Assembly (NCBI RefSeq): GCF_006345805.1
Contig: NC_043005.1
Coordinates: 78,182,001 to 78,246,000, forward strand
Origin: Octopus sinensis
Taxonomy: Eukaryota
Length of the DNA stretch: 64,000 nucleotides
Direction of reading: 5' to 3'
Below, one piece after another: positions 24,126 to 37,777 of the stretch (position 1 is its first letter; each line of letters opens with the position of its first letter). Both the position numbers and the translations under genes were made by a program. The notes under the pieces were generated by a model. The model searched no databases. It was not told where the DNA came from and saw only the letters and a list, made by a program, of their open reading frames with translations.

Positions 24126-24884
24126 ATATATATATCCCTTTAGTCGCTTGTGCTTATTTTGAAAAAGTAGCACTCCTAAATCCATTAATCCATTAACATT
24201 TCAAAAGTTTCGAGTTGTCATCCGAATAGCAATAAAGGCGTGTGTTTCGTGCGCTTCCCATTAAGCCACAAAGCATCATATCAGAACAGATAAAATCATC
24301 AAAGTCGGATTCAAAACTTATACGGACAATTCTCGTAGATTTCATTCTTTATTGTATGGATGTCATGTCTGTGTTGATTTGTATTTTCCATTTTACTATT
24401 TGTAAATCGTACATCGATACACTTTGAATATTTTTATAGAATTCTTTCTAAAATTGTCGCACCATCGACTAATGAGTTTCTATAAATTTTTATTTCTTGT
24501 AGTTTATATTGGTGAATTACTGTAGCTCGTAGTTGTAAACGCATGATCAACGGACGATAAAGTGTAATATTTTTGTATCCAGTATAGCAATTTGAGTCTT
24601 GAAGCGGATATCTATTTTGTTTACAGGAAAACGTGTATGAAACATTGATTGCCTGATATAGATTCTCAGCTTTACTAGTTTGTGCTTTCGTGTTAATCTA
24701 AGGGTCTTCCATCTTGGTCCTTTCTGTAATATATTTTAAATATCACTTTAGGCTTAGCTATGATACATGACTACACATACAATCCAATACAGCGCTAAGA
24801 TACTCTAGTATAAACTGGTTACACCTCTATGGGTGTATATGCATGCAGTGAAACGTGCTCAGTAATGTATTAGTGTGTATGTGA

Positions 24885-25062
24885 AGGTGGTGAGCTGGCA
24901 AAAGAATTAGCACGCCGGACGAAATGCATAGCGGCTTTTGTTCCGATTATACGTTCTGAGTTCAAATTCCACCCATGTTGACTTTGCCTTTCATCCTTCC
25001 AGGGTCAATAAAATAAGTACTATTTGAACACTGAGTTCGTTGTAATTGACTAGTCCCTTCCC
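24885..25062 (+). mobile_element. SINE family C
   Basis: GGTGGTGAGCTGGCA...TTAGCACGCCGGACGAAATGC...GTTCTGAGTTCAAATTCC. Confidence 0.85.
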
Positions 25063-25090
25063 GTTATTATTATTATTATTATTATTATTA

Positions 25091-25124
<34 letters not shown>

Positions 25125-25196
25125 GTTGTTGTTGTTGTTGTTGTTATTATTATTATTATTATTGTTGTTGTTGTTGTTATTGTTATTATTATTATC

Positions 25197-25723
25197 GAGT
25201 GAGAGAGCAATGAATGCCATCAATGTGACACTGGGGTATAAATATACGAACCCCGATTTAACCATCATGACTACCCGTCTGATAAGAGTACACCAGGCAC
25301 ATGCATCACAACCATATGTGTGTGACATGGTGATCTAATATGAAGATGAACAGGTGGGTTCCAGTAAGAATTTCCTTCGGGTTGAGTAGCCCACCCCACT
25401 CAAATTGTCCTTGAATAAGATTTGTTTAAGGGTGTTGAACATAACACCCATGTTTCCAAAGGTGAATTATTCAAATCCCCCAAAATTCCTCTCATGCTTA
25501 TTATGTTCCCCTGCTACTGCTGCACGTGATCAGATATGCACATATCGTCAGCCGCTAAGGGTCATACTCAGTTGGTTAAGGTCAAGCATCTGACAAGCTA
25601 AACTGTGGTATTGAACAGAATATTTGCTGTTGCCCATCTTTTATACCAAGACAAAACAATGTACATGATAACACTTCCAGTCAGTTAAAATCAGAAGCTA
25701 TGGGAGTTACTGTCTGGTACTGC
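25197..25723 (+). repeat. Interspersed repeat family E (~530 bp, class unknown)
   Basis: 3' half collinear with 10219-10486; starts right after an (ATT/GTT)n array. Confidence 0.75.
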
Positions 25724-25726
25724 GAC

Positions 25727-25895
25727 AAACTGGCAGAACCATTAGCACGTTTTTACTTCCCGGGTTCAAATTCCGTCGGGGTTGACTTTGTCTTTGACCC
25801 TTTCAGAAGGAGTCGCTAAACATAGTACCAGCTGAGCACTGGGATCGATGTTATCAACTTATTCCTCCCTTGAAAGATCTCCGGTTTTGTGCCTA
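25727..25895 (+). mobile_element. SINE family C with internal deletion
   Basis: CTGGCAGAACCATTAGCACG...GGTTCAAATTCCG...GTACCAGCTGAGCACTGGGATCGATG. Confidence 0.7.
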
Positions 25896-25934
25896 TTATA
25901 AAAATATGTTAGTATGTATGCATAGTCTTTTTCT

Positions 25935-26148
25935 TTTATTCTTTTATTTGTTTCAGTCATTTGACTGCGGTCATGCTGGAGCATCGCCTTTAGTATAATA
26001 CATCGACCTCAGGACTTATTAATTTATAAACTTAGTACTTTTTCTATCGGTCTCGTTTGTCGAACCGTGTTTTTTTTGCGGAGATGTAAACACACCAACA
26101 TCGGTTGTCAAGCAATGGTGGGGAGACAAACACAGACACACAAACATA
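25935..26148 (-). mobile_element. SINE family A, 3' half
   Basis: TTTCAGTCATTTGACTGCGGTCATGCTGGAGCA...GGTTGTCAAGC. Confidence 0.85.
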
Positions 26149-26297
26149 TGTGGTAAGAAATTGGCTTCCAATCCACATGATTCCGGGTTCAGTCCCACTG
26201 TGTAGTTCCTTGGCTGAGTTTCTGTTATTCAACCTGGGGCCGTCCAAAACCTTGCGACTGGATTTGGTAGACAGAAGAGCTGAAAGCACACCGTATA
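26149..26297 (+). mobile_element. SINE family A, 5' half
   Basis: GTGGTAAG...TTCCGGGTTCAGTCCCACTG...GGATTTGGTAGAC. Confidence 0.75.
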
Positions 26298-26298
26298 C

Positions 26299-26334
<36 letters not shown>

Positions 26335-26345
26335 TTATACATACA

Positions 26346-26380
<35 letters not shown>

Positions 26381-26805
26381 GCGTAGGCATGGCTGTGTGG
26401 TAAGAAGCTTGGTTCTCAACTAGATGTTTCGGGATTCAGTCCTACTGCGTGGCACCTTCGTCAAGTGCCTTGAACTATAGGCTCGGGCCGACTATCGCCT
26501 GAGTGGATTTGGTACACGGAAACTGAAAAAAAGTCTGTCATATACATGTGTGTGAGTGTCTTTGTGAATGTGCATGTGGGCGTTTGTGTCAGTATTTTCC
26601 CCACCACCACCACCACCACCGCCACCGCTTGACAACCGGTGCTGGTATGTTTACCTTCCTGTAAACTAGCGGTTCAGCGAAAGAAATTGATAGTATAAGT
26701 ACTAGTTTTATAAAATTGCTACTGGGACCAATTCATTCGGATAAAGATTCAAGAAGGTGCTCCAGCATCGCCGCGGTCTAATAAATGAAACAAGTAAAAG
26801 ATAAA
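26381..26805 (+). mobile_element. SINE family A, near full length
   Basis: Collinear with 11863-12243; internal (CCA)n. Confidence 0.85.
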
Positions 26806-27822
26806 AAAAAGTATGTGGACATATAAATGTAAATGTTTGCTTTGAGTGCATGTATATATGTATGTGTGTCTGTGTGTGTTTGTATCAGGGAGTATGCGTG
26901 TGCGTATGGATGTGTGTGTGTTTAATTCACAGTTTTCTGTCGGGGTTTGTGTGTATGTGCGTGTGTATGTGCGTGTGTGTGTGTGTATAGGTGACAAAAA
27001 TATAAGCGTTTGCAATGAATGGGCATATATGCATGTACACGTATGTGAGCGTAGATGTCTGTAACTGTGTGTGTATATGTGTGTATGCATTCGTGTGTGC
27101 GTGTGCGTGCAAACATCATAACTGAGCGTACAGAATATTTTAATGAGATAAGAAAGTTGCTACATTTTGTTGACTGGAACAATGGAAGGAAAGATAATTT
27201 GGGCGGAGTTTAGATGAAGGGAAAATTTAATAGCAAGAAGGCAAAAGAAACAGAAAGAGCTAGAGAACCTAATGAAATATAATGGAATATATTTAGATAT
27301 TTTGTGTTAAAACTAGTTAAAAGTGGTGAAAGTGAATTGAAGTCATTCGAGTTGACATGCATGAAGTTCAACTGGGTACATTAAAAAAAAACACACACAC
27401 ATACATATATACATACATACTTACATACGTACTTAGTATATACATAAGTACATACTTACAAACATTCATATACATATATAATGAAACATATTGCATTTGA
27501 GATTTTTTAAATTCTATTTGCAGAGCAATTACATATCAAAACAAGAAACTGGAAAACGTTGGTCTACTTCAAATTCTATGATACGCGTGTTTCATTAGAG
27601 GATAGGAATTACAAAGGTATACATGTAGAAAAACATGTAAAGGATCTCCTATCTGTAATTCTTCAGACAAAATCTCGGACTTCACGACAGTACAGCCTGG
27701 GTTATAATCCCCTCTATAGGTTATATAGAAGTATAGATAGGGGTATAAATAGGTGTATAAATGATGGGTGATGATAGACAATCTCAAACAGAAAAATAAG
27801 ATAAATACAAGAGACCAAACGG

Positions 27823-27879
<57 letters not shown>

Positions 27880-27904
27880 TATAAGTGTGTGTGTGTGTGT
27901 AAGT

Positions 27905-28075
27905 ATATATAGTTGAAATTTATAGAAAAACAAAAGACGAAGACAGGTGCATGAACAACAAGTAGGTGTATTAGTTTGACGCTCGGAAAAATGAAAAAGT
28001 TATTTGCGTTTCGAGCCAACGCTCTTCAACAGAAAGGAATAAGAGAAAATAAACAGAGAGACAATGAAAAATAGC
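27905..28075 (-). mobile_element. Family P-related element with a hammerhead-like motif
   Basis: Minus strand TTTCTGTTGAAGAGCGTTGGCTCGAAACGCAAA...CCGAGCGTCAAACTAATACA...CACCTGTCTTCGTCTTTTGTTT. Confidence 0.6.
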
Positions 28076-29176
28076 TTGTATGTATGTCATGATTAGCGAA
28101 ACGCGCAACGGGCTGTCTATCATAATATACTATCCTTTAGAATATATTAAAAATATATAAATTGTGTGTATTTTCCTCTTGTTATGCATATGTAGTCGGG
28201 GGTATAGTCTTCGTCAGCTAGGTTCACCGAAAACAAAATTATATGCATATACATCTATGTATGTATGTGCGCGTGTGTGTGTGTCTGATGATTAGCGAAG
28301 TGCGTAACCAGTTTCTCTGTAATAATCGTCTATCCTTTAGAATATATTAAAAAATAAATAGTATGCATTTTCCTCCTTTCATAAATATGTAGTGGGGGAG
28401 TGCAAAAAGGAAGAAACAAATAGGAAAGATAGAGATAAAATAATCATACACGCGTTTTGTATATCGCATTCTATATCAAGTAATTCACTTTCAAAAATAG
28501 CCATGCACAGTAAACACGCATAACATTACAAATATTCTCCTGACGAGACACATTTTCCTCGAAGGGTGCATCACTACCAGTTGTACAGTATCTCACCCGC
28601 GAGTGACCGATGCAAGATGGGTCGAAACGATCGTTGTGGTTAATAAAGTATTTCATGAATTCCATTTTTTCTCTCATTTCTTATATATGTAACCCTTCTT
28701 TCCGCTGTTCTCTCTCTCCCTCTCTCTCATCCTCCTTCCCTTCTATATACTGCCCACACGTGACCCATGACTAATTTTCCCATCTCTGCCTTTTCGCCAG
28801 CTGACACCAAGCCTGCTGGTCAATATTTTCTCCTCTCTTACCATTTCTCTTTTTTTATCCATTGGGAATTTCTTCTAGGCGTCACCCATTACTTTCGTGT
28901 TTGACCGAAAGGCTGTACTTATCCTGTCTTCGTCTATCGTTTTAAATTACATTTGTTTACTTTCATATGTCCGCTCTGTTTGGATAGTTTACTCGAGGCC
29001 TAACTCTACGCAAATGTCGCGGGTGCCGCCGATATGTTCTCAGTCTTATTGTTAAAGGCACGAAACCGAGTTTTAATATTTTCGGTAGATAACTTATGAA
29101 GAATTAGGGTCCTTCTGTGTCTGTTCTGGATGTACGTTTTGTTGTATTTAATGCATTTTACACACACACACCACAC

Positions 29177-29210
<34 letters not shown>

Positions 29211-29266
29211 CAGATATGTATGTGTGTGTGCGGGTGTATATATAATATATATATATATATATTATA

Positions 29267-29317
<51 letters not shown>

Positions 29318-29351
29318 AATACAGATATATATATGTGTGTGTGCATGTGTA

Positions 29352-29390
<39 letters not shown>

Positions 29391-29749
29391 TATATATATT
29401 CACATATATATGCATGTGTTCCCGTGATTCTGTGCATGCCTGTGTGCGTTTGTGTATGTGCATGAGATCTCACGATGAATTTTGCATCAGTTTTAAAAGA
29501 TATGCATTTTAACGTTATGTTAACTAAGCCATATTGTCATTGGGTTACAGTGAAACAAGAATAATATTCTACTTACGCATGCATAATTTTAACGTAATCC
29601 GCAATGGATTCTGCGTTAAACTACGCGAGACTCGGTGTAAGGCTTTAAGCTACCTTCATTTCCATTTACTTACAGGCATGCAAAAATCGATTGTGTTACA
29701 TTAATTTTCCACGCAGGTTAACCTCAACCTGGTTTCATACATGCCCTTT

Positions 29750-29753
29750 CTTA

Positions 29754-29804
<51 letters not shown>

Positions 29805-29829
29805 GCAGCTGCTGCTGCTGCTGCTGCTG

Positions 29830-29863
<34 letters not shown>

Positions 29864-30023
29864 GACAACGGCGATGAAGACGACGACGATGGAGGCATAT
29901 ACAAATCTGGAATTCCAAAGTAAAATTCTTAATCAGCTTTTTTGTAGATACGTAAATGCAAACGCAAACAAACAGGCACATTCAAATGCGCATATAAGTG
30001 TGTGTGTGTGTGTGTGTGTGTGT

Positions 30024-30074
<51 letters not shown>

Positions 30075-30075
30075 A

Positions 30076-30121
<46 letters not shown>
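29750..30121. repeat. Opposed (TAC)n and (GT)n(AGT)n microsatellites
   Basis: Direct tandem repeats at 29750-29870 and 30000-30121. Confidence 0.9.
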
Positions 30122-30122
<1 letters not shown>

Positions 30123-30552
30123 AAATGGGAGGGATTTCGATTATCCGCACATCGTAAGTTGAAATGCAATATATATATATATATATATATATACATACAT
30201 ACATAAAATAAGGAAAATTCACATACTTAACGTAGTTTTAATATCTTTTCTAATATATTTTATATTGTGTTTGTCAATTTATGTGTTTTCAGAATGTTGT
30301 TCATTTTGGGATCTCTAGTAAGCATAAGTAGATTTTGTACAATAGAGACTAGCTTCAGAGTGGAGACAAGCACCCCTTTCCTGTGTCCTAATGGGTAGAG
30401 GTGCTTGTCTCAATTTTGAAAACTTAAGGACACAGGAAATCTGTCAAATCCAACAGGAAACGGTGTTTCCTAGGGCTAAATAACAGTAGCATTCTTCCCT
30501 TTTATGGGACTGTCACATTATGTTGACAACATACTATCACTTTATCGTGCTG

Positions 30553-30915
30553 CTACTGCATAAATCTCTCTGAGAGATTTAGAAATATATTATTGTATGC
30601 TTCATTGCTTCTTGGGTTGTGAGTTAATATATACAGTAATATTTTAAGATGAGGTGTGGCGTTACGTATTGTTGGCCTTAGTGTTTTATTGTCTAATTTC
30701 TTAGCATGCTTAAATTCATCGTCTATAATGGAGGGTGGATACTGTCTTTCAGTTAGTGTTGTTCTGAGGTCTTGAAGACGAAGGTCCCGAGTATTTCTAG
30801 CAGACACTATTGTGCAAATATTTTTTTGCTAAATTAAAGATGTTTCTTGTGATGTTTTTCGGGTGGCATGAGATAAACTGAAGATATTGTTCCAAGTCCA
30901 TTGGTTATAATTTGG
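30553..30915 (-). pseudogene. Penelope-like element RT thumb/linker remnant
   Basis: Minus strand EQYLQFISCHPKNITRNI...; RLQDLRTTLTERQYPPSIID...LTHNP, typical of Penelope RT C-terminus. Confidence 0.75.
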
Positions 30916-30974
30916 TTATTGACTTTTTTAATCATGTAGAGTGTGTGCATTTTCCTTCTTTAATTATATATATA

Positions 30975-31018
<44 letters not shown>

Positions 31019-31019
31019 A

Positions 31020-31520
31020 TATGTACTCAAACTTTACTCCTTTAATATCCTCGAACGCGGTTTCCAACATGACGAGAAATACAAAGCAAATAAGAGTGGT
31101 GAAAGAGCACAGCCTTGTTTTTGTCCTATTTGAAACTGTGAATGAATTGGACACTTCCTTGCTAGATCTGTCTGAAGCCATCATCCCTTGATGGAAAGAA
31201 ATAATGACGTTGAGCATCTTCTCTATAACACCAAGCTTTCTAAGGACAACCCAAAGAGTATCCCTAGATACAGTGTCGAAAGCTTTAGTTGGGTCTCGGT
31301 TGTGCTCACAAGCCTTTTCTAGTAGCTGCCTTCATATCCACTGTGCCCTACCAGCCCGAAATTCACACTGAGATTCAGGCAACACTAAGCTGGCAAGGGC
31401 ATCATTTAGTTTATGTAAAATATACTTTCCAAGGATACATTCCAAGATGCAATAAAGGGAGTTCCTGTATTCAATTTGCTTAATTTTCTGGTGCAGGTTT
31501 GGGTGCCCAGTCATTTGCAT
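31020..31520 (-). pseudogene. RTE-clade LINE reverse transcriptase remnant
   Basis: VLPESQCEFRAGR, RQLLEKACEHNRD, TKAFDTVSR, ISFHQGMMA; frameshifted. Confidence 0.85.
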
Positions 31521-32213
31521 CTAATGACAAGGAGCAATGCGAGTAAATAATTTTGGTATCGTATTTTCTTGACCCCTCGCCACCTCCATAGGAGGAAAGC
31601 AGTGTTATCCTAAACAGGGCTGCTTTGTTGTGAAAGGACACGAATTACACAATTACCCGCATATGTTGTGTAAGGCGGCCATCTCCATTTCAACATCTAT
31701 GTGCAAAATTCAAGCTAAGAACTTCCACTGATATTTTTCGGTTGTTCCTGTCACTATCTCTTCATCATCACAGAATTTGTATTTTCTTTAGTGGTGGTCG
31801 GTACACTCACCACAAAACATGATGGTGGTATTTGCTGATAAAATTTTACTGGACTACCGCACAAAGTGTAGCACAATAGACACTCTCCATCAAAAAAGCA
31901 CTTTCTTGCACTGGTGCACCCTTTGACGAGTTTTGTCATATAGATATACATATATATGTATATAACTATACATGCTCGCACTTAAACACTACTAAGTCTA
32001 TTCTATACAGAGAATATCTGATTCTCATCTATGAAGTACGAATGATATATATGTGTATATATATATATATAAATTTAAAATGAAGAAACCGGTTTATGGG
32101 ATTACCTTAGGTACAGCTAAAAGGATACTGAATTAGATTATATTGATTTTCTTTTGTACGAGTTGTCTTACTTGTATTATATCGATTTCTTATTTAGTTA
32201 TTTATTTACTTAT

Positions 32214-32255
<42 letters not shown>

Positions 32256-32289
32256 CACACAAATACACACACACACAACACACACCACA

Positions 32290-32384
<95 letters not shown>

Positions 32385-33467
32385 TTTTACTTGTTTTAGT
32401 CATAGGAATACAAAAGCAAAATGTGCACGGAACCACATGTGCGACAATAGGTGCTAGAAAATTTGCAAAAATATAAAGCAAAATAAACAATGAAAGAAGT
32501 GTTCAATGAAGCTAAAATCTCAAAGGAAGAAACCGAATCAAATGTGGTGTTTCGAATCATGTCCTTTACCAAAAGGAAGAAAAAGGATTAAGAGAGGGAA
32601 GAGAAAAGGAAAAGTGTACGATATCGTATATATGATGACAGCGATGCATGATCTCATACCAGTGTCCAAAAACACACACACACACATACACACACACACA
32701 CATACGCACACACAACACAGACCCACACACACATACACACATATATCTATACATAAGTACGTGCGTATGTTTGTTTGTTTGTTGTTTGCATGTGTGTATG
32801 TACTATGTTTGTATATATACATATGGCTTTGTCTGTGTATGTATATATTTATTTTACTGGTTAACGGAAAAAGTACTTATTTATGACGCTGGATCGGAGA
32901 AGATATTCAATTCAAATATATATAAGTTGTTCGATTCGTGAGAGATTTTTGTTAGGGTGATAGAATTATCAATACAACACAAGAAAATGTAATTCTTTTC
33001 GCAAGATCAATAGTTATGGACCTATAAATGTGATATACAGCTAAAAGGATACTGAATTAGATTATATTGATTTTTTTGTAGTTATCTTACCTGTATTTTA
33101 TCGATTTCTTATTTAGTTATTTATTTACTTATCTGTATAGAAGCTTCTTTAAATTGCTTTTCTTCGCGGGTTTTTTTCTTCTTAATTTAGAGAAAAGAGA
33201 TATTAGTTTCTTCTGTAAAAAAAAATAACAAAAAAGCACTACTTAGAGAGACCGCTTATGGTTTTTGTTATAATAGTTGTTCTTGTTAAGATTTAATCTC
33301 TGGTTAACCTTGGTCAAGGAGAACCTATGGTCGAAGGCATGATGACATCTGGCTACGACAGACCAATGTATTTTGGTATACTTCGGTATATACTGAAATC
33401 TTCAATACCCAAAATAAGTTTTGTCTCTACAAACGAAGTTTATGTTCTCGATCTCTCAGGGATTCTC

Positions 33468-33519
<52 letters not shown>

Positions 33520-34005
33520 TGTGGTGTGTGTTGTGCGTGCGTGTGAAAAGGTTGAATTATATTTCGTCCATTAATTTGGAGGATTCCAAAACACGATTTC
33601 TAATTCTTCATATTTTGCGTGTAGCTTACTGGCGTAAGTTTGCGAATATGAAAATAATACTTGTTTACGGTGTGTTATGTGAATTTATGGAATAGTATCT
33701 CATAAAATTTAACAAATTTGTTAAAACTGGAGAATTGAGGATTCTCTGTTATTTCCTTAAACCCTCTGTAATAATGTTTTGTTTACATTTCTTGCACTGA
33801 GGAGAACAGTGATATATAATTGATTTAATTTAATCAAGTTAATTTAATTATTCCTATTCAACCATGAATTTTCATGCTTTAATATCACTGTTTGAAACGA
33901 TCTTAAATTTTAAAATCTTCTCTTCTCCATTTCCAACAAGTTTGTTGAGTTTTATGGGCTACCATTCCAGAAATTCACATAACACACCATATATATATAT
34001 ATATA

Positions 34006-34036
<31 letters not shown>

Positions 34037-34508
34037 TATGTGTGTGTGGTGTTGTGTGTGTGTGTGTGTGTGTGTGGCATATTTAATAAATTTAAATAGC
34101 GTTTAAAATAGACTGATTAAGGATAAAATATCGTCGAATTATTGGTTCATTGCCACTTACTTTTTTATGAAGAACAATTTCATAAAATAATAGCTTTCGC
34201 TATAAATCTTGGCTTATAATATCCAATTAAAATTCAGAAGATTATATTAATGCAACGTCTCCATTTTCTGAATTTTAATTTGAATACGTGTGTGTGTGTG
34301 TGTTGTGTGTGTGTGTGTGTGTTGTGTTGTGTGTGTTGTGTGTGTATCAGAAAAGTTTGAAACACTCATGAAGCAGTTTGTTTCACTTGTCCCCTGCACA
34401 CGTTTCCTCATCGTAGATATACCCATCCTCTGCATTGAGTGTCCATTGCGTAATGATACTCTGTGCAGTTCGTAGCATTCATACAGAAATAACTACACAC
34501 CAAATACA

Positions 34509-34543
<35 letters not shown>

Positions 34544-34636
34544 TTATATATATATATGAATGTATGTGTGTAGTATTTCCTGTGTGACTGCTACGAACTA
34601 CACACACCACACACCACACTTATATATATCTATATC

Positions 34637-34669
<33 letters not shown>

Positions 34670-35544
34670 TTAAGACGTTAATACGTGTTTCTACTGCATA
34701 GGTATCCTTCAACGTGGCATCCATTTGCATCCTGTTGGTTAGATTGCATTATGAGTTCCTCCAAGGTAAACTTAGCCATGGAGCTTTAATCAAGGTGTTA
34801 CCACTACGAATCTTTTAAGCGAACTGCAGAATTAAGTTTTTGATAATTTTGTTCAAGGTATACTTTTTCAGTGTAGAGGATAGCATGCCTTGTTATGAAA
34901 TACAATGCGGCAATAAAATTCGTTATTTAACCATATTTTTAAAGGGAATATCGTTAAGAAAGTGCTAAGTCACGATACATTTCGCCCAAGGGCCACAAAT
35001 GTTGCAGACAGATGGAAATTTGAGAGTAGTTAAGAATAGTTAAGTTAGTAAGAACTTAAATAAAGATAATTTATTTTTTCAAAACCAAGGGATGGAATTC
35101 ACATTATGAGAGTATTAAAATTTAACTATAGTAAATCTATTATTATAGTTTTGCTAATTCTTCTGTACAGTCTTATGCAGATAATATCCTATTAAATATT
35201 TTATGGGAAATGTTTAAGCACGAAGGAGAATTAGTAGTTGGTGTGGCCTACACTTGGTCAGGATAGGATTCGCTCACACTAAGTCAGCCTATGATTCGCC
35301 CACACACCATATAAGATAAAGGTGGAAAGAACTTTAATGGTAAGTAGATGAATTAGGAGGAATTAAGAGAGTGGGAACTGAAGATAAATAAATAACTGAA
35401 TCATTTACAATATGTAAAACTTTCCCAAAGTATACGTATGATACACATATGTAGATATGCAGTTATATGTATGAGTATGCATAACACAAAACATACGGAT
35501 TTACACATGCACTGAGTACATATACACACATACATGTACAACCA

Positions 35545-35650
35545 TTCTGTTGATTTTGAAATTCCAATGAAGAAGCCTTTGATCTAGGTTAGAAAACAAC
35601 TCTTTTTCATTGGCAAGAGATCTAGAAATAAAACTAAATAATAACAGACA
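35545..35650 (+). repeat. Interspersed repeat fragment (family G)
   Basis: Matches 6662-6772. Confidence 0.5.
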
Positions 35651-36184
35651 TAATGAACGTTATGAAGCCAAATTGTCTTTAAAATGTAAATTGGCGAGAG
35701 AATACACATCAGATAATGTTTCCATTTAAAATGATTTATTTATATTATTTTTTAATATTATTTATATATTATTTTTAGAAGTTATATTATATTGTTTATA
35801 TTATTTTTGATTTTGTTTTATTACCATATCGATCTCTACCAATTGGTATTTATAATACAATACGTTTAACGAATTATTTTTTATTAAAATATTTTTATTT
35901 CGTTTTTATTTAAAAAAAATTTTACACATGTTTTTCTTCGCAGTGAATAAATTCGGATAGAATTGTTATTCCTGTTAATACAACACTAGACATGTACTAT
36001 CCTCGGTCATTAACAAAAACACAGACAGAGATACTGTTTACAGAACGATATAAGGAAAAGACAAAATTTGCATACGAAAGAAAGAAGAGTGAACAAACTG
36101 ACATTGATTCTACAACTAAACGTTTTATTTTATATTTTGAAATTCATGAGCTCAAATTAAAATCGGAAGTGAATTAAATAGCGC

Positions 36185-36340
<156 letters not shown>

Positions 36341-36656
36341 AACCATATTTTTTTCTTCTGAAAACAGATATTTCTGCTTAAAGGAAATAATTGTGAATGG
36401 CATCAGTATTAACAAAAGAAAATTTTTGGATAAAATATGTCTGTTATGGAAAACAGTAAACGAGGTTTAATTTAGAACTTTTATTTTATTATTTTTTATT
36501 TTTATTTATTTTTTTTTGTAAATCATTGTAACTTGAAAGAATATTTTGTGTCTGAGAGACAAAAATTACTAAAAACATAATGAAGCGGAAACAAAACAAA
36601 AGGCTGTATAATTATATAAGCGTTAGTGTGTGTGTTTGTGCGCTTGTATGTATTGC

Positions 36657-36687
<31 letters not shown>

Positions 36688-36978
36688 ATATGTATGTATG
36701 TATGTATGTATGTAATGTATGTATGTATGTATGTGTGTATGCATGATTATGTATGTATGTATGTGTATATATATATATATACACATATATATATATACGC
36801 ATATAGATATACACATATATATACATATATCTACGTACATATATGCATATATATACACATATATGTATACGTGTATATATACGAGTATGTATATATATAT
36901 ATATATATATTGTATATGTATATAATATATATTATATAGACAGAGAGAGAGAAAGAGAGAGAGAGAGAGGGATAGAGA

Positions 36979-37065
36979 GCGAAGAAGAAGAAGAAGAAGA
37001 AGAAGAAGAAGAAGAAGAAGAAGAAGAAGAAGAAGAAGAAGAAGAAGAAGAAGAAGAAGAAGAAG
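36979..37065. repeat. (GAA)n microsatellite
   Basis: Direct tandem repeat. Confidence 0.95.
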
Positions 37066-37777
37066 GAGAGGATTATGCGTATTTGTGTGCGCCACTGTTA
37101 CAAATTCTTTTCACCCTTGATCAGAGAATAATTCACGAAAGGCAAGACATTTGACTGTTCAACAAGATTAACGACACTTAAAGTGTAAAGTTCTATTAAG
37201 CGGTGCGATATTAAAATTTTATAGAAAGAACGACATAAAACGTCTGAAATATAAATCTCTATCGTTTAAAGCACATTGTAAACTGTGCATTAAAAATGCA
37301 TGTATACCGTGCTAACAACTCCATTAATAACGCATAAACCTGCTATATAGGATTTCTAGAGCACTCATTCAAGCATCGCTTTGCTTATTTCATCACCAGC
37401 ATTTTGTAGCCCCCGCCCCACAGTACTTTCGAAATATATATGGAGATGGAGAGATAATGAAGAACTCCCGAGCAATGAGTGAACAATGGTAAGGCTTCAG
37501 CTCTTATGAATGAATTGTATCAAAGTAATTTCAGTCTTACGGACAAATTTTGTTATACTTACACCAGTAACGAGCAAAAGAATAGAACTTTTTTCGAGCA
37601 GCCTACATATGTTCGAATATTTTCTTCGTGAACACCAAAACGCCCCTTCGGGTGTATGATTGATAGCGATTGGCGTGAAAGGTCCCTTCATTACTTTTAA
37701 GCTGTTGTGGACTAATGGCAGCCCACGGGACTTCCTGAATGGTATCCCTAAGAAAAAAATTTTTTTCTAATACTACG

